From contig NC_092670.1 of NCBI RefSeq assembly GCF_964355755.1, positions 21,810,795 through 21,874,794 of the forward strand: a stretch of DNA of 64,000 nucleotides. The letters are read 5' to 3'. The position numbers and the translations under genes are program-made. This stretch comes from Antedon mediterranea. Taxonomy: Eukaryota; Animalia; Echinodermata. A model generated the notes under the pieces. The model saw nothing but the letters and a program-made list of their open reading frames with translations. It was not told the origin of the DNA and did no database searches. This document shows, one piece after another, positions 1-13,723 of this stretch (position 1 is its first letter; each line of letters starts with the position of its first letter).

Positions 1-1619
1 AAAGCGTGCTTTGTTGTTTTGGAGAATGTGCTTAAGGGTCTGGGGAGATTTTCTCGTTACCTGATAGTAGAAGTAAAATTTATTTAAATCTGGTTTATAG
101 ATTTCAACAATATGGCTTTGTCTGTGGCATAAATATTTGATCAAGAATCATGAAAAATTAAGAAGATTTAACATTTTTATCGTTTATTGAACTTTATTTT
201 TATATGCAACGTTACTTTGTATTTTGTGGAATGTAATCGTACAATAGAATATACCTATATGTTGTACCAGCTAGACAACAACTGTCATATGGTACAATTC
301 CAACCACTTATGTGCCACATTCTAATCGTAATATTCCCTTAATCCCATACTTCCTTTATTATCACTTTCCACATGTTTAACATTCTCTTCCCCATTGGAT
401 TACCAACACAATCTGCTCAAAATCGTTTGCTACCAATAACTGTCACATGCAAGATTGGCTCTTTATATCCCAAAAGTCCTCCTACATGTCACAACGAGAT
501 CTTGGATTAAGCTTCGTAATCTGTTATTCCGTTTTTTATATCTTTTAAGTCTGCCATATCTTGTCCTCCTGAGATCTTACTGATCTCTTACAACTAATTG
601 TACAAAGTATAAAAATATATTGCTGTAATAAGTTTAAACTCCTCAAACTTTGACACAAACATTAATAGAGTAATAATGTAATACTATAGTTACCTAAGAA
701 CGTATTACATTCTCTTTACAGTCTGCAGTGAAAATCTAACTGATTGCACAAATATAATTTATTAAATTCACTACTTCATAAAAGCTAAAAAATAACAGAT
801 TTTAAACTTTATAATATGAAATCAAATATATAATAATTATGAAATAATTGTCAACCAAACTATCTTCATTTTTTTTAATCATCGTTAGTACATCTTGTCC
901 TAGTTTTCTGGAGCATCAGATTAGACATTAAAGTTTTGTTGTCTGAGTCATACCAAACATCAGTCCAATTCATCCTATCTTACTTGAAATCTCTCATTCT
1001 GATTGGTTGATAAATACAAGGATTAGATTGCAATTGGCTGAAGATCCAACATAAGCTAAGAATGATTGTGTTTCCAAGCCGACCACTGAATTTATTGCTG
1101 TGGGGCATAAATATGACCAAATACACTCACAGAACTCAACTTGATGAAAAACATATTTAGAAGATTGTGTAGGCTTGTGCAAGAATTGAGGTTGGCATTT
1201 CTGCCCTAGGAACTATTTATTCAGCCTATTGTTTAGTTGGTTTATAACCAAGCTGGCCTAAGAAATCAATGGGCAAACTCCCAATTTGTATTTAAAGGTA
1301 ACATCTATTGCATAAACTACTACAGCAAGTATAGTGAACACACTGGTATGATGTCTAAGAGACCACCCTCAACATCTCAATAAAACAATAAAGTATTGTT
1401 TCCATCTGTCTTCATTATTTTGTAAATACAGTGCATACCCAACAGTGAATTTATAATTATAAGATGATTGCCAAAATAGTCTTTTTAAAGACTAAAAGTC
1501 GTGTTAAAAAAAAAATTATTTCATAAGCATCCAACAGCAAGCAACTCGCCAATTACAGGATGGATAAACTATTTTATAATTTATCATGCTAAAAAACGTC
1601 TCATTTGAGGCTTATTATA

Positions 1620-1722
1620 GGGAGTGGAGTTAAAAGAGTTTCAACCCTGGCACTCGGTCATGATTGAACCATGGACCTTGGGATTGGAAGGCAAGCAAGT
1701 TAACCACCAAGCTACAACTCTA
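1620..1722 (-). mobile_element. tRNA-derived SINE fragment
   Basis: Minus strand has A-box-like TAGCTTGGTGG and B-box-like GGTTCAATC; shares GGAGTGGAGTT with the copy at 23860. Confidence 0.5.
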
Positions 1723-2602
1723 GTACTACTATGATACAATTACCTATTTTGGCCCGGTAAAAATAATTCTTTTTATTTGAATCTAGCACTTTTTTCAAGA
1801 CTATTGAACAATCAAAACACAAGAATAATGTCACGTTCATATTTATTCGTTGTCACAGTCGCTGTTTCAATTGTCACATTGATTTCAGTTACAAGTGTCC
1901 TGAACAATCCCAACACATGTTTTACAAGACAAATTGTCACTTTTAATCTATACAAATTTACCGGTTCCCAAATTAAATTTTCCTACTGATGATGTTTGAC
2001 TTTATCTGCTAGAGTCTTGTTTCATCAATAACTAGGTCTGGTAAATTGTCACCAAATTCCCGTTCTGTCATTGGAAACTATCCGTTGGTATGCGATAAAA
2101 ATCAATGTAGATGTTCATGTTGATAGTTGATTCAGAAGATAATCTAGTTACAATTCATGAGGATTCTTGATTTTACTCATAGAAATAATAACCATGATTA
2201 TTATATGTTATCTTATTACCTTTTTACATATTATATAAGATCTATATGTTACTTTGAGAGTAGAAGTAGAGTTGTTATACCTCAAATAAGTTTCAAATAT
2301 AAAATTCAAACATCTAGCCATCTTCATCATCTTTAATTATTTCTAAATATTTTTCTTAAAAAGCATATTAAATATCTAGAAAAGCATCTTATTTTCATTT
2401 TTAATAGATTAATGCTTATTAGAAACTAAATTTAGTTATTTAATTAATCTTTTGGGGGAGTATTTTTCATTGAAAATAAAGCATTATGTGCCATAACGAT
2501 AAACTACTAGGACGGTTAACTCTCTAGTTAATTATATAACCTCTTTGGTCTATACAGTTTGGCAACAAAATAGGTTTCTCTGCCAAAAGTAAAATCTTTA
2601 TA

Positions 2603-3511
2603 GGGTCTGTTTCTGCTGAAAAAATCAAAATAATCGATTTTTTCCAGTCACCGCAAACCACAAAAATAATCGCGTTGCAATTGAAAATTGCTACGACTTT
2701 AATCGGTTATTCAGGTAATCGGTTTTTAAAATCACGTCATCATTCCCCCACAGCGGAGTTCAAGTTATGAAAGGCCGATGAGAGTTGGTTTGTTTTAACA
2801 TCGTATCGCTGCCTAAAACTCTCACATGTAGGATTAAAAAAATTACTCTTACGTAAAGCTATATTATTTGTAAAATAAACATCTAGGCCTACTACCGTAC
2901 CACATACAACAGAATAATGATGTTATATTAATAAGGACACGTCGGCGAAAAAAGTTCGTTTCGCCGTTCGTTGGTTCTACCTTCGGCCTGCTAGGCCTAT
3001 AGGCTATATATTTCTACCGAAACAAGTCAACAGACAACAGGCCTAAAAAATGACATGTAAAACATCGTTAGCCTGGACTGGTGGTATGTAACGGGTGTAC
3101 TTGTAACACAGAATCCTGGAGTCTCTCGGTATAATTCTCCCCCACAAAATAATACAAATCAAATGTTTAACATTTGATTGTTATTCGGTATACTGTACAT
3201 CGCGATCGTGGTTTTGCTGATCGTCGTCGATATCGCGCAAAACAGCATGCTTTGTTACGTGAATAAGTTTGTCATACTCTAGAGGTCAAAGTGAGGTCAA
3301 TAATCGCTATTTGTGTTGCAGCTCAAAACTGCTCCGCAATAATCGGTTAAAACAAGAAATAATCGATTAAAACACGCAATGGATTGAGTGTTTTTAATCG
3401 GTTATTTTTAATCGGTTATTTTATTTTGCGCCGTTTCTGCTGCCCAAAAATAATCGATTAAAAAAATAAACGGTTAATAATCGATTATTTCTGCTCAGCA
3501 GAAACAGGCCC
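2603..3511. mobile_element. Non-autonomous DNA transposon (~0.9 kb)
   Basis: TIRs GGGTCTGTTTCTGCTGA / TCAGCAGAAACAGGCCC; repeated subterminal TAATCG(A/G)TT motifs at both ends; no clean TSD. Confidence 0.7.
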
Positions 3512-4026
3512 AAAAACTCGGAAATTGTTAAATCTATAATATATTACAGAATTGATTTATGTTGTCATACCATTGTATGTTAGTCACATTTTATGTTTAA
3601 TGTACAAAAGATAAGAATATACCATATGACATTAATACTGCAATTAGTCACCTGAATGTTAACAAGTTTGTTTCTTTATACTGAAAAGTTTACATTTTAG
3701 TCACAAATAAAGTAATTTGATTATAATTCAGGTTGGCAGATGTTTATACCAATGTTGAAAGTAAAATGTTATCAGTTTGATTAATTTTATAGAAAAAAGA
3801 CCTTCTGAACTAACAATTTGTATGCACCACTAAACATGGGGGAGGGATCCAAAAACCCATATTTGTTCTTTTAGTAATTTAAAGCATAATCTGGGCCGTA
3901 GCCACCAGTACGGTTGGTAAGGTTTCGACAACTTTTTGACCGAGGCCTTTGAAAACCCAGTGGCTTGAACAGAGATTGTTCACTTTTCTTGCGGCAGTCA
4001 TACTACTGATAATTGATGTAAAATAA

Positions 4027-4188
4027 AACCTTGTCTATACTATCAAACTTTATGTGACAAAAAAATGTGATGTGCCCATATATGTACATGATGATGTCAT
4101 ATCACTACCATATTTGGGCATATCACTACCATATCTGGGCACAGAACAATTTTTTTTGTGTCAAACTAGTTTGATAATAGACAGAGCT
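4027..4188. mobile_element. MITE family A (PIF/Harbinger-like), copy 1
   Basis: Degenerate TIR AGCTCTGTCTACACTATCAAACT, TAA on both sides; five copies in the window. Confidence 0.75.
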
Positions 4189-5681
4189 TAAGATATGTTG
4201 TAGTATGCTTGATGATCTAAACAATTTATTTTTGCACGAGTGTAAATGTTCACCTGGTTTTTACATGAATATAGTTACTTTTTTTTATCAAACCAATGGA
4301 ACAACGAAACTGTCAGGAAGGTACAGTATTTACCATCAAATTTTGTATTTTACCATTGGTTTGATAACAAAGAAATTTCTATATTAATTTATTTTTGCTT
4401 TGTGTTATGATGAGAGTGATTAATGATAGTTAATTTTTATAGAAATGGTACAATATCTTTATTACCTCAATATCGTTAATACCTCAATCGAAATTACTTA
4501 CCTACTATATAACCGAATGCCCTGTACGCCTTCTCCTAATAATCTTAATCGTTGTGAATTCATTAAGAATTTCAAGAATGAAATTGAAGACAAGTTGACT
4601 ATAGCTTCAATTAAAAGACACTTACCAATACTAATTTCTGATCACTTCAATTATAGATCTTGCGATAACATACATTTTATATTTCATAGGTTAAATCTTT
4701 TGCAGTAAAGGTTGAAGATCGTCTTGCAAGAATTTTGATCAATTTCATTGCTGTATTAGTTAATTTGATAGTGTATCATTTATTAATAAGACAAAGACGA
4801 CCGCTTCTAAAAACAAACTGTGTTTCGTCTGCACCCATGCGGAGATGGGTTTGCATAAAAATTAAAACCTGATTCAAGATGCCGCATTATCACAGGAGGG
4901 TTTTGCGTTATGACAGGGATAACATCTTTGTAACCAATAGGAGTTCGCGTTAAAACAGGTTGTAAGACAGCGATGAAACAGTATAAAACTGCGAAATTTG
5001 AAATTTAATTAGATAGAATTTGATAATTTGTTTAATATTTTACTATCTCTTAGCTCTCTGTTGGTGTTGTACTCCTATAGGGTAGGTTTTAACATTGAAA
5101 TGTAATTATATCATAGGATGAATTTGTTGCATTTTTAATAGGTAAATCTACCATGTTATTACTGCATATCATGGTTCCCTGTTGCTATTGTTCTTCAAGA
5201 GGTTTATAACTTCAATTTTGTATCCATTTCAAAACAATTGCATTTGAGATATATAATAATTTTTAGAAAATTTCTAACTGACGATAGTAGATTCAAAGAA
5301 TTCCTGGCACGAATCACTTCTAAATTTAAAATGTCAAGTGTTTAAATTTAGGCAATAAAAAAACTTTGAAGCAACTGTGAATTCCAGACTAAATTTCATA
5401 TAATATAATTGTATTTTTGTTAGCTTAGCCAAGCCCGTAGCCAGAAGTACTGTTTTAAACAAAAGCGTCCGTCCAACATAAATGACAAATCATTAGGGTT
5501 AGAAATGTACTTGTCCACTAGTAAAACCTTTGCTATGTTGTACAAAACTCAACTAGCAAGCAAGCACATTTTTGGCGAATAATTAAATTTACAGAGATTG
5601 GCAGATTATACCTAATAGTATTGTCCCTTTGCTAGACGGAAATGTAAAAAAAGTCACAACCAGCTATATATGCAGTACTAT

Positions 5682-6286
5682 CCCGGGGGGGTCACTCTTA
5701 AATATTTCCATACAGGGAGGTGCCGCATTTACGGGTATATTTTCGAGGGCCTGGTAGCACAAGTGTGGGTAAATATGAAGAGTTGGTAGCACAAGTGTGG
5801 GAAATGACTGGGTGAAATTAGTAGTTTTTGCAGGTATTTAAGCATACTGGATGCTATAAGCCCATCGCGGGGCCTATCGCTAAATACCTTTGAATAGGCC
5901 TAGAGTTTTCGCATCAGCAGAAGAACACGAAACATCCAGCCTACGACAAAATCATTCAACTGTGACCACTCTTGATCATTGTCGTCATGCACCCCGCGGA
6001 TGCGCGATAAACTTTCAAAACACGTTCGTGATTTTTTCATGAACGGTCTCTTTGGCCATGCGCAGATCATGCTATTGGGAACCAGTACAAATTTTGCGCC
6101 CTCTCTGGCGTGGCCTTGTTTCTGCCGTCTTTTTAGAGAACACTGGATTTTGGTAAATGGTAGTTCAAGTCCGTAGTATTTTTCAGTAAAACAGGTAGCG
6201 CAAGTGCCTCATGTCTTGAAGTGGCTGCTGCACCCCCCCCCCCCCCCTTCCCCCCGTTTGGTTTATATACAAGTGACCCCCCCGGG
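5682..6286. mobile_element. Non-autonomous DNA transposon with 8-bp TSD
   Basis: Perfect 15-bp TIR CCCGGGGGGGTCACT / AGTGACCCCCCCGGG; perfect TSD AGTACTAT at 5674-5681 and 6287-6294. Confidence 0.9.
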
Positions 6287-7062
6287 AGTACTATACTAGT
6301 TTTGAAATTTTCAACTAGCAATTGAAATTGCGCTTTGAAAAGTGGATTGGAGATCACTTGAAATTTCGGAAAACAAACTCCTGCAATTATTTAGAAACTT
6401 GGGAGGTCTGATTTATATTATTAAAAAAAAACCTTAAACTAATAGATTGTGATTCTTGCCAATTTCCATCAGCCGGTTGAATGTATATTACAACACTATA
6501 CTAATTCTACAAATTGTTACACTATGTATTTCATTCCAAAGAATCTGTCTTTACATTCACGTCTTCAATTTATACTGGTTACCTACAATAACACAGACGG
6601 CATTCTCAATTCTGTTGAGTTTCGTCGGCCTGTTTTCACACCTGAAACAGTCTAAAGTTTCAGTGTAACAAGATGCTTTTGATTTATTGAATAATAATTT
6701 AGAAACATAACATTAAATTTGTTCAATTTGTATGTTATTAACAATAACATACTTCTACAACATGTTTTTTGATTTAGGAGATTAAAATCTTCTATCTTTG
6801 ATAACATGCCCCAATTTAAACAAGTTATGGAGTAAGAAAGTGTTGTGCCAGTATTGGTACTTTTCTGTTATTACCTACAGTAGACCCGTCTACCAAGCTC
6901 ATAGCCAGGATTTTTACAGGCTGGAGGTTTTGTGTTTCCACAAAAGTGGTAAAATTATCACAATCTAGGCCTATTTACCATTTAATATTTCCACTGCTGG
7001 TCTCCAGTCGAAAAAGGCTACGATGGGCTTGCCTACTAACTTTTTCAAGAAGTGTCAGATTG

Positions 7063-7125
7063 TAAATAAGATAAGATAATAAGATTTATAAAGCGCACAT
7101 ATCCACAAAGTGCTCAAGGCGCTTA
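7063..7125 (-). mobile_element. 3' tail remnant of an L2/CR1-type LINE or SINE
   Basis: Minus strand reads GCGCCTTGAGCAC...GTGCGCTTTATAAAT followed by short (CTTAT)n repeats, typical of such 3' ends. Confidence 0.4.
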
Positions 7126-8079
7126 AAAAAAAAAGGATCCTCCAATTAAAACCCATCCATTAACAGAATTTTTCAAATTAAATTTTATTTGACCATAAAA
7201 TGAACATTCATGAAACCTAAATAAACATTGAATGTGGTACTATATACTGTTAAATCAAACCAATTCACATGTGTTGTGTCAATGGATGTTGATAAAGCAG
7301 ATCCATTTAAGATAGAAAATTGTTTCAATCTATAAATTTATGCCAAATTGTCAATCTAATCTTGTGCATATGCGTTCCTTCCAATTTAGAGAACTTATTT
7401 TTTATAGTAAACATCCGTAATTATACTCTTATTAGAACGAGGCCTACAGTATAAGGATTGAATTAAGATTCTTGTTACCAATAGCAACTAGAGATTGATG
7501 CATAGTTCAACACAGATGGATGGATATAAATTAAGAAAGATAAACATGAGTATATGAAATCAACTTAATTTTGATTGTCCTAGGGCCTGGTAGGTCACGA
7601 CCGCGGAGTCACCATAAAGGTCAAGCCTAAGGGACATTATTGCAGAGGAGTGTGCTTTTCATGTGTACCTGTGGCAGTGGTGGCCACTAAACGTGCCTTG
7701 ACTTGGAACTTCTTGATTAACTACCTATTGAGTAAGGCTACGAGGGCTATCTCCTGCCGACACACGCTCATATCAACTGACGTTATTTTCCTTCCAGGTT
7801 TCTGGCTCGGAATCAAAGTAGTTTTTGTTTTGAGAAGGTTATTGACTTTCTTTATTGATAAAAACAAATGATAAAATGTATTTCTTTTATGTGTAGTTTA
7901 AATTGTACTCTTTATTAATAATGGTTAATAGTTTTATCGATTTTGTTGATTAGTTATAATGAGAATAGGTCCACTTAATTGTTACAATTTAAATACCTTA
8001 CTGTGGTTATAAATTCTCAAAGTGTTTTTTAATTTTCAACATATTAAAGCTTTTAACATAATGTACTATTTATATATTA

Positions 8080-8520
8080 ACTCTTTCTCTCCCCGTGTAG
8101 TAGAGCCTACTTCTTGTTTTGGGCTGCAGTCGCTGCCTCTGTCCACGTCCTGTACCCTAGGCTAGCCTAGCTAATATTTCGCTTTTTCCACAGTTCTTTG
8201 GTTTTCTTTATGTCTTCCCACTCTTCGCTTCCATAGGTGTCAGTGCTATTCTTGGTGTATCATTCCAAGTCGTTCTCAATACATGTCCTATCCGTCTCCT
8301 GCTCACTCACTCTTCTCTTCGATAGGTGTCAGTGCTATTCTTGGTGTATCATTCCAAGTCGTTCTCAATACATGTCCTATCCGTCTCCTGCTCACTCACT
8401 CTTCTCTTCGATAGGTGTCAGTGCTATTCTTCGTGTATCATTCCAAGTCGTTCTCAATACTTGTCCTATCCATCTCCCGCTCACTCTTTCACCTATGTGT
8501 TAGCCTGACTCATAATATGA
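8080..8520 (-). mobile_element. Decayed 3' end of an RTE-like LINE with internal 89-bp triplication
   Basis: Minus translation gives RR(W/R)IGHVLR....TPRIALT, resembling the WxGHVLR...RxAL C-terminal motif of RTE ORF2; the 89-bp unit repeats ~3x (8237, 8326, 8415). Confidence 0.55.
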
Positions 8521-9636
8521 GTGCTTTTATAACCAATGACCAGAACTTATGTTTGAGTGTATTTATTGTCTGCATAGAGATAAGGAGAGCAATTATACCA
8601 ATGTGTGTCTCTATAAACAAACCTTTCTATAATTGCTCATATAATGCATGGGTTCAAAGCCTATAGGTATGAACCAGAAGCGCCGTATTACGCCCCAAAT
8701 TCACCTGTCGATTGGAGTGGAATTTGAAATATGATAAGCAGCCTATAGACTGACAGGGACAAGGAGAGATTTGATAGGGTTCAATTAGAGCCCAGTAGGG
8801 CTACTAGTGACCTAGCTCGGTAACTGTCCATGAAACGAACGAGTATAACGTTTTCTCAATCTTTAGAAGACGCTTGCACCCTGCGGGATCCTTGACATAA
8901 CAGTGAGTTACACCAACAATGGATGCTATGCTCCTAATATAGACATATGTACACCATATTTGGAAACGCTTATGAATATTCAACATGAGAACGAAAGCAA
9001 AACTAAATTTGTAGTGACGAGAGCAATTGGGTTATTGCTTGGTTGATGTCAACTGGGAAAACAGATCATGTTCATTTTATCAATGTTCAAGTTTGAATGA
9101 ATTTCTAAACTAAACAAAATGTGAAAGTGAATCCTGAGAACATGTGGAATATATGAGTTATATATTGATAATGATAATTCCCATAATTATAAATAAATAG
9201 ATAAGATCAGTTTTACAACAAGGATGGGTTTGGTGTCTATGATTTTTCTACAAAAACGTAATCTGAATTTGTCATGTTTTATTTATAGATGAAACTTTGA
9301 AGATTGCAGAGGACAATATTTTGATTGATGCATATCAATGTGTCATTTGTATACATTTATTACGTGTCAATCAACGTCAAATAATATTTTTTTTTAACAA
9401 ATTTATTAACTATGCTTCCAATGATTGTGAAAGATTATTTAAAATATTATATAACTATGAACGATATAAATAAAAATTAATTTTTATTGTTATTTTTAAA
9501 TACAAGGCAATGTTTGTTTGTTTCTTTATTTCCATTCACAAAATCATAAACATACATAAATAATCATTATAAAACAAAAGAATAGAAAGGGGGAATCTCT
9601 GAAGCACGGCTTACCCCCTGTTACAAAACAATATAT

Positions 9637-9810
9637 CTGCATATCAAGCAGGCGGTCCGAGTTCGAGTCTCGGTTGGGGCGACTTGTTCTCATTCTCACA
9701 GATTTCATTTCATCTTTATCGTTTCAAATTAATTAATTAAATTTCAGTATATCACCGGGCGGTTTAGAATTAATGTTCTTTGCCTCTTGTGTAAATATAT
9801 AAATAGAAAT
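9637..9810 (+). mobile_element. 5'-truncated tRNA-derived SINE-like element
   Basis: B-box GTTCGAGTC within CCGAGTTCGAGTCTCGG (T-arm-like hairpin), followed by a body and AT-rich tail. Confidence 0.45.
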
Positions 9811-11162
9811 ATGTTCTGTTTTAATCAGAGTATTACAAAAGTAATTTATTTTTGTATTTTATTTTAAAAGTTATAAGATTCTTATTGATTTTTCACGCCA
9901 AAGTTCAACCCCTTTTACTGACTAAACTTCTTTTAAATTGTGGGTAGAAATAACTAAAAAAATAACAATGATGTGTGTATCAGTTGCTGGATATTAATGT
10001 AGATACAAATAAAAAGCAAAAAGTAAAATAAACAGTAAAGTAAAACAGCCAAAAATTGCTAAACTTTTGGAAAATACTATTCATTCGTCAGGGCTAATTG
10101 CAATTTTTAGTGCATTATTCAGAATTCCGGTCATCTTGATGAATAAATTATGTTTAATGTGATTACACAGTTCATATAATATATCATTGTCTCCAGTGCA
10201 CAAACTCGAGACGTCATCTCCCAGCATGCAATCGCCTTGTTTAATGCGAAACAGGTCCTTAAAGAAATGATAATTGGATGAAATGACAGGGTTCTCAAAC
10301 TAAACTTTTACATTGAAAGTGAAGTGAAGTCTGTCAAAACTCATCATCATTCATTTATATAATTTTTAATTCAATTTAAAATTCACTTAATTCATAAATT
10401 ATTAAACTAAATTTTCCTATAAAATTACTTGATTTTGATGAACCAGATTCATGGTAACTTGAATAAAAAATTAATTATCAAACTAAATTCTCCTATAAAA
10501 TCTCTTAATTTTGATAAACCAGATAATGCTAGCATGATGAGAATATGAAACAATGTGCACAATCTTGAAATAAAAATTATGATTGAGAAATTTAAATAAC
10601 TTCTTGTATAAACCCTTTAATTTTTGATCAACCAGATATTACATGTTAGCATGGTATAATGAAATCATTCCCAAAATCAATCAGGACTGCAAAATTAAAT
10701 GGCTTTACAGATAGGTATCTTATAAGTCTGTACATTAAAGATTAATCTTAAAAGTGTGAAAATGTCAATCATGGTAAACACTTATTTATGTACACCGTCC
10801 CCAAGGGCAATTAGAGAACTTAATACTAATTGGTTTGTTCAATTAAGCGCATGATTATCTCCACACAGAATCATGTTTCTAATCTCAACAAGATTGACGG
10901 ATTTTGAAGTTAATGTATTGTAATTTTATAAATTGTTTCATTTTTCGTAGATAAAAATAGAATCTACATCTTGTCTTATTTTGCTTCCAATTGGGTACTC
11001 CTCACAATCACATCAATCACTTTATGCAGTTCTTTTTCCAACAAACCAAAAAAAATAAAATGATAGACAATAACAGTTTTAGTTTTAATAGATGTTTTAT
11101 TTTATTTCTGCAATTTAAACTATTGCAATTGTAATAATTATTAAAAAGTTAACAACAAATAT

Positions 11163-11600
11163 TTATTATTAGGTGATCATTTAGAATAAAATAATCATCT
11201 ATTGTTATTGTATGAAATCTTTATTCTTAGGTGATCATTTAGAATAAAATGATCACCTATTGTTATTGTTTGAAATCTTTATTCTTAGGTGATCATTTAG
11301 AATAAAATGATCACCTATTGTTATTGCAGGGAGTTGTAAATTACAACTCCCTGGTTATTTTATGAAATCTTTATTATTAGGTGATCATTTAGAATAAAAT
11401 AATCACCTATTGTTATTGTATGAAATCTTTATTCTTAGGTGATCATTTAGAATAAAATGATCACCTATTGTTATTGTTTGAAATCTTTATTCATAGATGA
11501 TCATTTAGAATAAAATGATCACCTATTGTTATTACATGAAATCTAAGTTTATTAATAGGTGATCATTAAGAATAAAATGATCACCTATTGTTATTGTATG
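11163..11600. repeat. ~58-bp minisatellite (~7 copies) with internal hairpin
   Basis: Unit contains TAGGTGATCATTT-agaat-AAAATGATCACCTA. Confidence 0.9.
11327..11353. mobile_element. 27-bp palindromic transposon footprint with 7-bp TSD
   Basis: CAGGGAGTTGTAA-A-TTACAACTCCCTG between GTTATTG / GTTATTT; neighbouring repeat units show the empty site. Confidence 0.75.
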
Positions 11601-13618
11601 TTTTTTATTAATTATTTCTCTCTGTACAAAAAATATCTCAAAAAGTTAATTGCCAATATCACAAACATTTCACAATATCTTTTGAATAGTTAAATTAAAT
11701 TATTATCATTGTTATGTCATGGTGTAACTTTTTCCATTCCATATTAGTGTAGGAGTACTAATCATTATGGTCTACTTTAGATGACAAAACATGATACCAA
11801 AGAATCAAAATAATATGTCAAGAATTAATGGAATTTTGAAATAAAAATATTTTCATATAATTTAAAGTTTATTTAAAGATACTTTTGTTTCATTACAGAA
11901 AATGCCAGTAAAGGTTTTTTGATTACAATACGAGAAATCACAGTATGACTGATAGACGCCACGACAGACACACAAGGTACCACACAAGGAATGAAATGTA
12001 AAAATAACAACAAGTGATGCTAAATAACAGAATTGAAGATTATTCAACATTATCAATTGTAATATCTCAATTCATTAGCAACAGTTTGCTAAACGGACCC
12101 CAGGCAGGTTTTCGTTAGATCTCACCAGGAAGACGTTTATGCAAAAATAGTAATAGCTGGATCTGTTGGGATTCCGTGATACTGTAAGTTTTTATTTGTA
12201 TCTGGTTGTCTGCTACTGGGTTGGACGTTGGGTGGAAAGACAACAATTGTGCGTGGTTGTAGAGACTGGATCGCTGTGAAATATAAGTAGCGTAGCAAGG
12301 CCACTGTGTGGTGCCCTGGGAATTTTGAAAGTAGTAATATTAATAGCTCTTAATGAATAATTGGGTCTATATTTATTGAATACTGTTATAGTCAATATTT
12401 GTATTCATAAATATGATGTGTGTACACTAACTTTGACAAATTGGTATTAACTCAAAATGTACTTTGCCATTAATGTGGCAGGTGAGGGTTTTTTCAACAG
12501 TGTTTTACAGCATCAACAACATTTCTATGAAAATGATTTTGATAGTGTCATTGGTTGAACCAGGATTTAACCAGGAAGGTATACTGATCTACCTACCATA
12601 CCTGAATAACCTTTAAAAGGGAATACATCAGCCACCTTGTCTGACTTTGAAAGGTGGTTGTGGCAAATGTAGAAACAATAAACAAAGCCTTTTGGCAGTG
12701 TATCTTATATAAACAACATTACCAGTGGGGATAAACAGTAAACAGGTCAAACTTGGCAGAGAGGTAATAGTCATAGCAACAACATGCTACATCAACTCAC
12801 AGGAGGTAAAATGTTTGGACATTAAAACATTTAAAACAAGAATAAACGTCAGAATTGAAGAAAACAAATTTAGATGAAAAAATATTTTATTTAGTTGTCT
12901 GTCATATGTTGGAAGAATGAATGTTACCAGAAGGGATAAAACAATTAATATAACAGTGTTGATGTATTATGTGTGTATTATTCCCTCAATTGTCAAGATA
13001 CTTTTTGACATCAGTATAAGATTAAAATACATTAATTAATATAAATGAGGTTGTTAATTCAAACTATTTTTAATTTTTTTGTAGATTATTGGAACAACTA
13101 GAGGTGGAGATTATTAAAGACGTTTTACCAGAGGGGAGAGAACTACAATTAAGATATCAATGTTGAGCAGGCACCCATCTCCATGGCAACTACAGGAACA
13201 TCATCTTAGAGGAGGTAAAACTATGGTCATTGAGAACATGCATATATTCATGTTGGTTAGATAGAGCAAAACGCTTTATGAGTGGTGGTTGAAATAACAG
13301 CAATTAAAAACTTATAACTTAAACAAATTCTTGTTTTTGTAAAATATCAATCACGGTTTAACAAAATATAAAAGTCATGGATGACCATGATGATCTAGTG
13401 TTAATGATTCCTTGCCTGATTATTATTACGACCAATGATGCCCTACAGTGTGAAAACACACTTAAATAAACCATTATCATTATCCTAGCGGGCAACGAAG
13501 TGCATTCTGATTTATTTCAAGATAAAGGAATCGTTTTGAAACTAAACAATAATTGAGTTAATTGTTGCTGAATGTTGATAATATCTTTTTAAAAACTGGT
13601 AGAGTAATATTATTCTAA

Positions 13619-13723
13619 AGCTCTGTCTACACTATCAAACTTTATGTGCCAAAAAAATGTGATGTGGCCATACATGGACATGATGATTTTTTGTCAAACT
13701 AGTGTGATAGTGTAGACAGAGCT
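13619..13723. mobile_element. MITE family A, copy 2 (internally deleted)
   Basis: AGCTCTGTCTACACTATCA ... TGATAGTGTAGACAGAGCT with TWA flanks. Confidence 0.78.

Noticed and set aside
1660-1722. tRNA gene candidates (also ~9650 and ~23900)
   Set aside because: Only A/B-box-like motifs; no complete cloverleaf could be folded, so treated as SINE heads
7570-7810. GC-richer island that might be an exon or structured RNA (similar island at ~58130-58260)
   Set aside because: No recognisable motif, reading frame or ribozyme core; likely unclassified repeat fragments
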